IMG/VR virus record: IMGVR_UViG_3300044453_000030
Span: 1-34,993 of that record
Reading direction: 5' to 3' (one strand)
Length of the DNA: 34,993 nt
Source: a virus
Lineage: Duplodnaviria > Caudoviricetes
Numbering within the stretch: position 1 is the first letter of the stretch; the number at the start of each line of letters is the position of its first letter. Positions 7,765 through 15,856 of the stretch are shown in pieces. A model generated the notes under the pieces. It was not told the origin of the DNA and made no database searches. It worked only from the letters and a program-made list of their open reading frames with translations. Made by a program: the position numbers and the translations under genes.

Positions 7765-9609
7765 ATGCAATCACCGAAGGATAAAATCATCGAAGCTGTG
7801 GTAGCAGCAGGCTTCGAGCATGATGAGATGACTGGCCGGTGTCAGTGCCCCGCCCACGGAGGGGAGGGATTTAACCTCGCCATCAATGAATCGGATACTG
7901 GGGCAGTCATAATGCACTGCCACAGCCGCGGATGTACCGCATCTGCCGTCTGTCAGGCAATTGGCGTTGCCGAATCTACGATGTTCCCGCCAGAAGGGTA
8001 CGAGCACGTATCAACCAAACCAAAGGTCCGCTACTACGCGACACTCGATGAGGCTATTCGTGCGAGTCGCCTGACTCATAACTTGGCTGAAGTCGGTTGC
8101 TGGGATTACTGTGACGAACGTGGACAGTTGGCCGGTCGGGTCCTGCGGCTCGATGATGGCCGCGGCGGTAAGACATTCAGGCAGTACAGCCGGTTCCCAG
8201 ATGGGTGGGCCTGTAAGGCAATGCCCGGCAAACGGCCACTCTACAACCTGCCGCGGATCCTCAGCGAGGACGTGGTGATTGTCTGCGAAGGTGAGAAGGC
8301 AGCGGACGCTGTCAACGCCAGTGGGCTGGTGGCCACGACCAGCAGTCAGGGGAGCAAGTCTGCCGACCGTTCGAACTGGAACGTATTGGCGGGCAAGCAA
8401 GTCTGGATTGTCCCCGACAATGACGATGCTGGACGCAAGTACGCCTCCGATGTGGAGACGCTGTTGCCCTCTAGCTGCACTATCCGCGTCTACGATACCT
8501 CTAGCCTGATCGCTGGGGGAGATCTCGCAGACGTAGAGGGATCCATTCAGGACTTCCTGAAGGCGGCTCCCTACGTCGAACAGGCAGCGACTGAGGAGCA
8601 CAGAGATCGGTTCTCTGGTCGCACAGTGTCCGAGCTCTGGGAACTGTCCACGCAAGATGTAGACTGGTACGTGGAAGAGACGTTCGCCAAGGGTCAGCCA
8701 ACAGTGTTCGGGGCCCGGCAGAAGTCCTTGAAGACTACCCTGCTGTCCGATCTGGTTGTTGCTCTGGCTGACGCCTCGAAGTGGCTGGACCTGATGGAGA
8801 TCAGCGAGCAGAAACGGGTTGTATTCCTAACCGGTGAGTCCAGTGGCCGCGGAGCCATGAAGCGGATCCGGCTGGCTATGGAATCCCGCGACCTGAAGCC
8901 TGAAGATCTCGGTGACAGGCTTCGGATTGAGACCGTGGACTTCCCTTCTATCTCCAGCAAGGAGGACCTAGACGCCATCAGTGGGATCGTAGAGAAGTAT
9001 AAGACCGAAGTGCTGGTCCTAGACCCGCTCTACATGGCAATGGCTGGCATCAACACATCGAACGTATTCGAGGTAGGCTTCGCCCTGCGGAACCTGAAGC
9101 AGTGCTGTCGGGATTCGTGCGAGCTCATCCTGAGCCACCACCTGAAGAAGTCTGCCAACTACGAAGATGTGCCAGACCTATCGGACCTGTCTCAGGCCGG
9201 GATCGCCGAGTTCGCGGGCAACTACTGGTTGATGGGTCGCCTGAGCAAGTACGCCGGGGATGGTCAACACGAACTCGCTGTGGCTCTCGGTGGTCGCGAT
9301 GATCAGTTCGCACGGTGGCACCTTGCGTTCGATGAGCACAAGTGGGAAGCCAAACTGACCGATCTCCGCGAATGGCAAGCAGCCAATAGGGATGCCGAGG
9401 AGATGGAAAAGAAGGCTGACGAGGAGCTAAAGATAGAACATCGGAAAAATTTGATAATTGAGTACGCTTCTACTGTTGACTCTTTCAGTAGCAACCGATA
9501 CGATAAATCAGGCAAGTCAAGAGACCTGCTCGACCAGATGGTAGCATCAGGCCAACTAGAAGCGTTTCAAGATGGCCGTTTCACTAAGTACCGACTTTCA
9601 GGAGAATAA
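7765..9609 (+). CDS. primase-helicase: Zn-binding + Toprim + RecA-like AAA_25 (start revised from 7672)
   Basis: CPAH..CHSRGC; CEGEKAADA and PDNDDAG; GARQKSLKTT, LVLDPLY, SHHLKK; AAGGA RBS before ATG 7765. Confidence 0.9.
   Translation: MQSPKDKIIEAVVAAGFEHDEMTGRCQCPAHGGEGFNLAINESDTGAVIMHCHSRGCTASAVCQAIGVAESTMFPPEGYEHVSTKPKVRYYATLDEAIRASRLTHNLAEVGCWDYCDERGQLAGRVLRLDDGRGGKTFRQYSRFPDGWACKAMPGKRPLYNLPRILSEDVVIVCEGEKAADAVNASGLVATTSSQGSKSADRSNWNVLAGKQVWIVPDNDDAGRKYASDVETLLPSSCTIRVYDTSSLIAGGDLADVEGSIQDFLKAAPYVEQAATEEHRDRFSGRTVSELWELSTQDVDWYVEETFAKGQPTVFGARQKSLKTTLLSDLVVALADASKWLDLMEISEQKRVVFLTGESSGRGAMKRIRLAMESRDLKPEDLGDRLRIETVDFPSISSKEDLDAISGIVEKYKTEVLVLDPLYMAMAGINTSNVFEVGFALRNLKQCCRDSCELILSHHLKKSANYEDVPDLSDLSQAGIAEFAGNYWLMGRLSKYAGDGQHELAVALGGRDDQFARWHLAFDEHKWEAKLTDLREWQAANRDAEEMEKKADEELKIEHRKNLIIEYASTVDSFSSNRYDKSGKSRDLLDQMVASGQLEAFQDGRFTKYRLSGE
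9476..9504 (+). promoter_or_regulatory. internal sigma-70-type promoter for the sigma factor gene
   Basis: TTGACT (9476-9481), 17 nt, TACGAT (9499-9504); inside the primase 3' end. Confidence 0.6.
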
Positions 9610-9611
9610 TC

Positions 9612-10178
9612 ATGGAAAATGTTGAAGACCACATCGGACTGGCAAGCTATATCGCACGCCTATACCTGCCAGAAAATTCAATCGTAGAGGACTCAGAGGA
9701 GTACGCTGAAGCATTGATCGGGATCTGGCAGGCGGCCCAGACGTTCGATCCGGACCAGGGAGTAGAGTTCGCCACATACGCCCAGACCAAGGCACGCTGG
9801 AGAATCCAGAACCTACAGGAACTGGCCCACAACCGGTTTTACAAGAGTGCCCAACAATTAGACCTCACTACATCCAGTGGGGATAAGATTGGCCCACAGT
9901 CGGATTTATTGAGTGACGGGACTAAATGTGCGGAAGAGATACTTGAGGTAGAGGAACAGCGACGGACCTACTGCGAGTGGCTGCAAACACGGAGGGAGAT
10001 GGTTGAGGAACTGCTTCCGAAGCTCACGGAGCCTCAGAGATCGGCAATCAGGGGGGTTCTTCAGGGGAAAGTGTATCGGGAGATTGCTGAAGAACTGGGT
10101 GTATCCCGACAGGCAGTCCAACGGGCGTTCGCATATGGTATCCGAGATATCATCGAATGGGTCGGAGGTGACGCATGA
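9612..10178 (+). CDS. sigma-70-family RNA polymerase sigma factor (regions 2 and 4)
   Basis: EALIGIWQAAQTFDPDQGVEFATYA (region 2); YREIAEELGVSRQAVQR (region 4 HTH); AGGAG RBS. Confidence 0.88.
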   Translation: MENVEDHIGLASYIARLYLPENSIVEDSEEYAEALIGIWQAAQTFDPDQGVEFATYAQTKARWRIQNLQELAHNRFYKSAQQLDLTTSSGDKIGPQSDLLSDGTKCAEEILEVEEQRRTYCEWLQTRREMVEELLPKLTEPQRSAIRGVLQGKVYREIAEELGVSRQAVQRAFAYGIRDIIEWVGGDA

Positions 10179-10771
10179 CCACGCGAGTAGTAATACTGAA
10201 CGGGCCACCGAATAGTGGCAAAGACACTTTGGCTGACGCCATGCGAGACGAATACACTGGGGCCCGCGTCGAGCGGAGAGCGTTTAAGGACGGTCTGATT
10301 GACCTGACTGCTACGCTCATGCAGGTCGACCATGAGTGGTTCCAGTATGTCTGTGCCAACCGGGACTGGAAGGAGGAACCGATGGAGTCCCTTGGGGGAC
10401 GCTCGCCGCGTCAGGCGTTGATGTACGTCAGCGAAGAGGTCATCAAGCCGAACTTCGGTGAGGATTACTTTGGTCGCTATGCTGCCCAGCGTCTCACGCC
10501 GGATCGGTTGCACATCTTCTCAGATGGTGGGTTTGTTCAAGAGATCCTACCGCTGATTGATATGGTGGGACAGGAGAACTTCTTCCTTGTCCAGCTGGCA
10601 AGGGAAGGCTGTACGTTCGAGGGCGATAGCCGGCGATACATCCCGCTGGAGTTGGCTGACAACCACACAATCCTTCTGAACGACAAACTGGACCGAACTA
10701 AGTGTGAACTTGCTCACCGACTCTCTTGCTGGATAGGAGGAGGCAATGCACTGTCCCCACTGTGGCACTGA
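10175..10771 (+). CDS. deoxynucleoside monophosphate kinase (T4 gp1/T5-like)
   Basis: LNGPPNSGKDT P-loop; AFKD; SPRQAL..SE..IKP.FG.DYFG; SDGGF; FEGDSR. Confidence 0.85.
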   Translation: MTTRVVILNGPPNSGKDTLADAMRDEYTGARVERRAFKDGLIDLTATLMQVDHEWFQYVCANRDWKEEPMESLGGRSPRQALMYVSEEVIKPNFGEDYFGRYAAQRLTPDRLHIFSDGGFVQEILPLIDMVGQENFFLVQLAREGCTFEGDSRRYIPLELADNHTILLNDKLDRTKCELAHRLSCWIGGGNALSPLWH

Positions 10772-10961
10772 TGCCGTCTTCGAGGCTACGGAAGATTACT
10801 CCTACCGCCCGACCATCGAGCGGTGGGAGTTCGATAACCCTGCAAATCAAGCAAAAGGTTTGAGGTGTGTCTGTACTTCATGCGACAAGTTTGTTACCAT
10901 TGACGTGCGAAACAAATACATCAAGGGCGAGAAACCGAAGCAAAAGGAACTGGAGTTCTGA
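10746..10961 (+). CDS. small zinc-ribbon protein
   Basis: CPHC..CTSC; strong GGAGGAGG RBS. Confidence 0.75.
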   Translation: MHCPHCGTDAVFEATEDYSYRPTIERWEFDNPANQAKGLRCVCTSCDKFVTIDVRNKYIKGEKPKQKELEF

Positions 10962-10962
10962 A

Positions 10963-11361
10963 ATGAGATACTACGCAATGATACTGGTCATCGGGGTAGT
11001 GGCAGCCTATGACAACTCCATGACGTGGATTTACTCTGAGACCATCGTGGAACTGGAGAGGAACCCCGCGGGTGTTTGGCTGTTGGAACAGGGAGGGGTC
11101 TCTCTGTTTATCACGGTGAAGGCCGTCGCAACCCTCCTACTGGTAGGGATGCTGATTGGATTGAGCCGAACGAAGTACCGCTGGCTGGTTGTCGTTGCGT
11201 TCGTGTTTCAACTCGGGATGTTTGGCTTCCTCAACCTGTTTTGCATTGATGGGCCAACAGGTCTTCCAACGATAGACTGGACCTCCCGTCGGTGGGAGAA
11301 GTCCCACCCGGTAGATGAGTGGATCGATCTCATCACTAACTTTTATGGAGAAACTAAATGA
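10963..11361 (+). CDS. DUF5658-like membrane protein (start revised from 10867)
   Basis: Three hydrophobic helices; D..MT and ERNP.G.WLL..GG..K pattern; GGAG RBS. Confidence 0.65.
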   Translation: MRYYAMILVIGVVAAYDNSMTWIYSETIVELERNPAGVWLLEQGGVSLFITVKAVATLLLVGMLIGLSRTKYRWLVVVAFVFQLGMFGFLNLFCIDGPTGLPTIDWTSRRWEKSHPVDEWIDLITNFYGETK

Positions 11362-11840
11362 AAGCTCTAACCCTCCTGCTGGTGCTCGCGAATGTGGCAC
11401 AGGCAGGGCCGGTCTTTGATCGGTTTCTAGCAGCAGAGAAATCATATGTTTGGCACTACGGACTCCCGAAGGATAAATGGGGGCTGAAGCAACTCGGGGG
11501 CTACAAGTGGATCAGTCCGGGGAGTGCTGTGGTTGGCAGCGTCTTTGAGGTCAGGCAGACTCGGGAATATCCCCTTGCCCCCCGAATAATGGTGACACAG
11601 ATACTAGGTCCCGCTTCTTTCTTCGACAGAAAGCATGGGCTCATTATCCACGGGATATCTACCGCCAACCTGAACGAAGGTAAGGAGTATCCTCTCCCTA
11701 CCCGAGGTCGCCTAGTCGGGATCTGCGGAGGGCTGAGAATTCACAACTACTGCCCCCGGCCCACCTGCCGAGGACTGACATACCGGGTCCCTGAGATACT
11801 TCTGGAGATGGTCCCACCACAAGATGTGGCCAAACACTAA
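11358..11840 (+). CDS. hypothetical exported protein
   Basis: Signal peptide MKALTLLLVLANVAQA; ATGA overlap; GGAG RBS. Confidence 0.7.
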   Translation: MKALTLLLVLANVAQAGPVFDRFLAAEKSYVWHYGLPKDKWGLKQLGGYKWISPGSAVVGSVFEVRQTREYPLAPRIMVTQILGPASFFDRKHGLIIHGISTANLNEGKEYPLPTRGRLVGICGGLRIHNYCPRPTCRGLTYRVPEILLEMVPPQDVAKH

Positions 11841-11843
11841 ACG

Positions 11844-11902
11844 AAAAAACCCCCGGAGCGGCCCGACTCGCCCACGGGGGTTTCTCGCTTTCCGAGGAAA
11901 GC
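11844..11902 (-). terminator. intrinsic terminator between the convergent arms, with a second adjacent hairpin
   Basis: AAACCCCCG..CGGGGGTTT stem followed on the - strand by a T-rich tract; neighbouring hairpin GCTTTCC-GA-GGAAAGC at 11887-11902. Confidence 0.8.
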
Positions 11903-11906
11903 TATT

Positions 11907-12329
11907 CTACATGTTCTGCCCTAAATAGGACATCAGCCAGAACAGGAACAGGGCCAACACCAGACTCAATACTACAACCCACATTCTGGCTTCCTTATTA
12001 CGTACGGCCGGTATCACATGGCACATTGCTGCGGCCGCACAGAATAACTGCCTGAAAATGGAATTGCTCACCGGCCCGTAACGCATCCATCTCTCGTGGT
12101 CGACTCCCTGTGCGTGGTACGCTGCCCACGCACCATTCCAAAACAGGTTGTCAACCAACTCACCCACAAAGCTGATAAAGATCCCCAGAATCAACCACGC
12201 CGGCATAGTGTCCGGCCTTAACTTTACTGACCGCACATAGCACAGCAACACCAATATGCACCAGAAATAGACCATTGGATTCAGCAGGGTGCTGAACCTG
12301 TGGAACCACTCAATTACTGCCTGATCCAT
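11907..12329 (-). CDS. multi-pass membrane protein (holin candidate)
   Basis: About 4 hydrophobic segments; GGAGG RBS; last gene of the late operon. Confidence 0.7.
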   Translation of the reverse strand: MDQAVIEWFHRFSTLLNPMVYFWCILVLLCYVRSVKLRPDTMPAWLILGIFISFVGELVDNLFWNGAWAAYHAQGVDHERWMRYGPVSNSIFRQLFCAAAAMCHVIPAVRNKEARMWVVVLSLVLALFLFWLMSYLGQNM

Positions 12330-12576
12330 CCTCCCCTCTCACTATCTCTAAAACTTGGTTGGCGAGGTCCTCAACGCCCTCCTGCCTCCCTTTGACCAAT
12401 GAAACTTCCCGCGTCAAGGAGAGGATCTTCTCTCCCTCGTCGAGTAGACGCTTTTCCGTACGTTCGAGTTTAGTCCTTGTCTCCCTCGCCACCTCAACCT
12501 GCTGACGCCAGAGATAAACTATTGCAGAGACAAGTGCTCCTATCGTTGTGGATACTGTTCCGGGCGTGATTTCCAT
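12310..12576 (-). CDS. single-TM coiled-coil protein (holin/lysis accessory candidate)
   Basis: TIGALVSAIVYLW followed by a charged heptad segment. Confidence 0.7.
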   Translation of the reverse strand: MEITPGTVSTTIGALVSAIVYLWRQQVEVARETRTKLERTEKRLLDEGEKILSLTREVSLVKGRQEGVEDLANQVLEIVRGEDGSGSN

Positions 12577-12586
12577 TAGTCTGTTC

Positions 12587-13477
12587 CTATGCCACTCGCT
12601 CTATGAGAACTAGAATCTCTACGACAGCCCCATCCGGCAACGCATCACTCTGCCGTGCGAGGAAGTCTAGGTAATTGTTGTTTGATGCACTGGTCGGAGG
12701 GGTGACAATAAAGGACTTCGTTATTGTCGCCTCCTGATTCGCTGAGAGTTCGATGGATGCAGCACTGCGGGAGACTAAGACATTGTCCAACTCCGCACGC
12801 AGGTCAATCGGCGATAGCACTATCCCTGACGTTACGTCCATTGAGTATGTGACCTTATAGGACTTCGTCCCGTCCGTGTTGTCGAACTCGATCCTGTCGC
12901 TGGCAAGTGTGATAGAGTAATCAGACCCACTCCCGTCCAGATCGGTTGCCGTAAGCTGTACGTTCGCGAAGCCTGAGGTCAGGTTGAGTGTGGTGGTGCC
13001 TACGATCTGTGAGGTGTATGATGAGGAGGGGGTGGTTGCGCCGAAAGAAGTTACTTGAGAGAACTCGGAAGTCCCGGCATTGTCTGTTACCTGATAAATA
13101 CCGTCAGCTTCCGTGTTCAGGAAACACACTAGATCATCCACGTTCATGTGATCTGCTGGTATTTGGTCCTTTGCTGTCGCCAGAGTGCCATCTACGCTAA
13201 CCAACACTGTTGGATAGTTGGCTGTTCGCCTTACGGTCCATTTATTCGTGGCATCATAAGAACACAGCAACCATTCGGCGGCTCGTGATATATAGGGCTT
13301 CGCGTACCCGTTGATATTGCTACTCGCCATAAGGAACAGAGTACCGCCAGTGTCGTTGTATATCCGGACCCAATCATCATCAGATGGGGATACTGGAAGG
13401 ATCTGCTGGATTCTAGTAACCTTAGTGTCACCAAAAATGGTGAGACCGGATTTTGTGTCGAAAGATGGACTAGGCAT
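12587..13477 (-). CDS. putative tail-tip / receptor-binding protein (start revised from 13615)
   Basis: GGAGG RBS before ATG 13477 (MPSPSFDTK) with 8-nt overlap of the upstream stop; Ser/Thr-rich, beta-like. Confidence 0.6.
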   Translation of the reverse strand: MPSPSFDTKSGLTIFGDTKVTRIQQILPVSPSDDDWVRIYNDTGGTLFLMASSNINGYAKPYISRAAEWLLCSYDATNKWTVRRTANYPTVLVSVDGTLATAKDQIPADHMNVDDLVCFLNTEADGIYQVTDNAGTSEFSQVTSFGATTPSSSYTSQIVGTTTLNLTSGFANVQLTATDLDGSGSDYSITLASDRIEFDNTDGTKSYKVTYSMDVTSGIVLSPIDLRAELDNVLVSRSAASIELSANQEATITKSFIVTPPTSASNNNYLDFLARQSDALPDGAVVEILVLIERVA

Positions 13478-14855
13478 ATAGGATATCCCCTCCGCGATAG
13501 TATGTGAAGTCCGCGGAGATGTACCCGGAATCGTATTGATCTGTGGAAGTATCTCCGATTGCGTACTGTTCCCCACCAGTGACAATCCGTATGGCATCTG
13601 GGGTGGGGTTTCCATATCCCCAGTAGATTGTATGGGAGCGGGTCAACACCACTTTGTTGTTAGTAGCACCGGCGGCCACACTGTAGGTCGTGGCTGTCGC
13701 AAACAAGGAGTAGCCTACGTTACCCTCCCACGCCAGCCAATGCCCACCAATCATATCGTTCGGATCGTAGTGAACTGTTATAGATTCTGACGTGTCGTTG
13801 ACGACCTTCAGAGTTATCGTGTAGGTGAGGGTTGCCCCGAAGTCTGAGTCCGTGCTGGAGGTAATCTCCGGAACCAGAGAGATATCTACAGTTCCCGAAG
13901 GGGGAGTGCTCTGGATGGGTTTACTACATAGATGGAGGGAACCAACCTCTATGTTGCGGTCGTAGCTTGTTAGCTGTGAGTACGTCCGGGATTTTGTCAG
14001 GGGTGGGCGGCTAAGGCTCGGGGTAGGCACGTCCACCTGCCACTGAAAGAACGCGTACTTCTGTGCGCCGGAGTAGGTCGCTTGCATCCACAGAACCACG
14101 GTACTGCCGTCAGGTCTCTCCTGTAACTCGGCCTCAATGCCAGTCGACGACCCCGTAACATCTGTACCCGAACTGTCATAAACGGATATCTCTGAGCTCA
14201 CATCTTTCAACCACATATCACGGATAGGGTCGTAAGTTAGCTCTGGGGCGGAGGCCGTTGACCACTCGACGTACCCGGCATTGCGGTTGTTTACTGCAAA
14301 AACTCCTGTACCACCGGGCTTCGTGGCATCGCTGGTCCCGTCGAAGTATGCCCTACACGCAAGGGGAGCCCCGCCGTCACATGAATTAGTGATGCTCCGT
14401 TTCCCAGATCCGGGCTGCCCGTTCGTTGTTATGATATCGAATATCTCAGTTTCCACCTGACAGCAGGTACTGCCGCCGCCGCCGCCGCCACCACTGCCGG
14501 TGTATGGGTGCCATCGGCCATCGATCATGTGGATCTTGAGATAGTCATCAACCGCCCATGAATCCGATTCGGAATGGTTGATAACTTCGACTTCAATCTC
14601 AGGGGAGTAATCGCTCAGGGAGCCATCGCTGGCAACAAGCTGGAGCTTGGCTTTGCCGGAGGTACTCGGCGATGTGAAGGAGTCCGTGGCAGCAGGAATA
14701 GCCGTCGTGCATTTAACCTGCACGATGTCCTCCTGCTGGACACGCTCGCGTTTATATCCCTTCTTAGAGGTCGAGAACTGACGTTCGTTTTGGAAGTCCT
14801 TAATAACCGCCCGAACTGCCCTGACCATCTCTTCGCTGAGTTTATACCCCCTCAT
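13470..14855 (-). CDS. putative tail-tip/fibre protein
   Basis: Second gene after tape measure; poly-Gly hinge followed by STCC and a Ser/Thr-rich C-terminal part. Confidence 0.6.
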   Translation of the reverse strand: MRGYKLSEEMVRAVRAVIKDFQNERQFSTSKKGYKRERVQQEDIVQVKCTTAIPAATDSFTSPSTSGKAKLQLVASDGSLSDYSPEIEVEVINHSESDSWAVDDYLKIHMIDGRWHPYTGSGGGGGGGSTCCQVETEIFDIITTNGQPGSGKRSITNSCDGGAPLACRAYFDGTSDATKPGGTGVFAVNNRNAGYVEWSTASAPELTYDPIRDMWLKDVSSEISVYDSSGTDVTGSSTGIEAELQERPDGSTVVLWMQATYSGAQKYAFFQWQVDVPTPSLSRPPLTKSRTYSQLTSYDRNIEVGSLHLCSKPIQSTPPSGTVDISLVPEITSSTDSDFGATLTYTITLKVVNDTSESITVHYDPNDMIGGHWLAWEGNVGYSLFATATTYSVAAGATNNKVVLTRSHTIYWGYGNPTPDAIRIVTGGEQYAIGDTSTDQYDSGYISADFTYYRGGDILYA

Positions 14856-15856
14856 GCTGCATCCACTCCCTCAAGAAGTGAGAAGTCTCCACCCGGATAG
14901 AGGCGGAACCCTTGATAGAATGCCAAATCCTGTATCGTTGCAAGGTCGGTATTGTCACTAGATATCTGACGCCCATTCGCGTCGAGGAGAGCAGGCTCTT
15001 TTACGTTCGTTCCGTCAGGATTCTTACAGTGCCTCTTCCGCTCATTACCAGCGATGGTGTACAGCTCTTGGAACCCTGTAGACAGGGCGATGTAATCCCA
15101 CCCAGTTGACTCGATGAATGCCGCGTCACCATCTACGTTGGCAATGTCTCGCCCTTGGCGGAACTTCAACTGGTAACTGATCCTCCGGAACGTCTGGCCG
15201 TTGCGGGTCATCCGCGGCCCGACGTTCAAGTTCTGTAGCCGGATCGACCGCTTCGGGAAGGTTCGACCATCAACCGTGATTGCCGCGTCATTGACGTAGT
15301 TCTGGAGGGCCAGAACTTCAGCCGGGGGAGTTGACCCACTGTAACTGACCGTACAGATTGCATCGGTTACCTCTCGGGTAACAGGCTCCGCAAAAGGGTC
15401 GCCAGCGGTGTTGAGGATTGGGTCCCCATCCACTGCATCCACCGTCACAACCTCTTCATAGGTATGGCCCGCCCACGAAAACTGCACCTCATCATATGCA
15501 GGGTCCGAGGAGGCCCCCTCTGCCTTATATGGGTTGCTGGCTGTTCCTGTCCCCGGATTGCCGCCGCTGGATGCCCCTAGACCGTTAACGGATCCGTAAG
15601 TACGTTCGTCTGTGTACGTCGCAGTGACATGCCAGCCACGCCACGGGTCCGAGTTATCCACGGACAGGGAGTTGCAATAGGCGGTCGCATCCTCGGGCCA
15701 TACAGACCCGATGGCCGGGAGGTCTGGATGACTACCAACAGCGAAGGGGCCATCGGACTTGTCATCCGTGGAGAGGCGGAACGTAACACTGTACGTTCGG
15801 ATCCCCGCGTCGTTCTTAGCGGACCTGTCAGTCACGCCGTGGAAAGTAACGGTCAT
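14852..15856 (-). CDS. putative distal tail / hub protein
   Basis: TAATG-coupled to tape measure; positional call only. Confidence 0.6.
   Translation of the reverse strand: MTVTFHGVTDRSAKNDAGIRTYSVTFRLSTDDKSDGPFAVGSHPDLPAIGSVWPEDATAYCNSLSVDNSDPWRGWHVTATYTDERTYGSVNGLGASSGGNPGTGTASNPYKAEGASSDPAYDEVQFSWAGHTYEEVVTVDAVDGDPILNTAGDPFAEPVTREVTDAICTVSYSGSTPPAEVLALQNYVNDAAITVDGRTFPKRSIRLQNLNVGPRMTRNGQTFRRISYQLKFRQGRDIANVDGDAAFIESTGWDYIALSTGFQELYTIAGNERKRHCKNPDGTNVKEPALLDANGRQISSDNTDLATIQDLAFYQGFRLYPGGDFSLLEGVDAA

Noticed and set aside
13478-13615. Apparent 146-nt overlap of two tail genes
   Set aside because: ATG 13477 has a GGAGG RBS and a normal 8-nt overlap; the extension is an ORF-caller artefact
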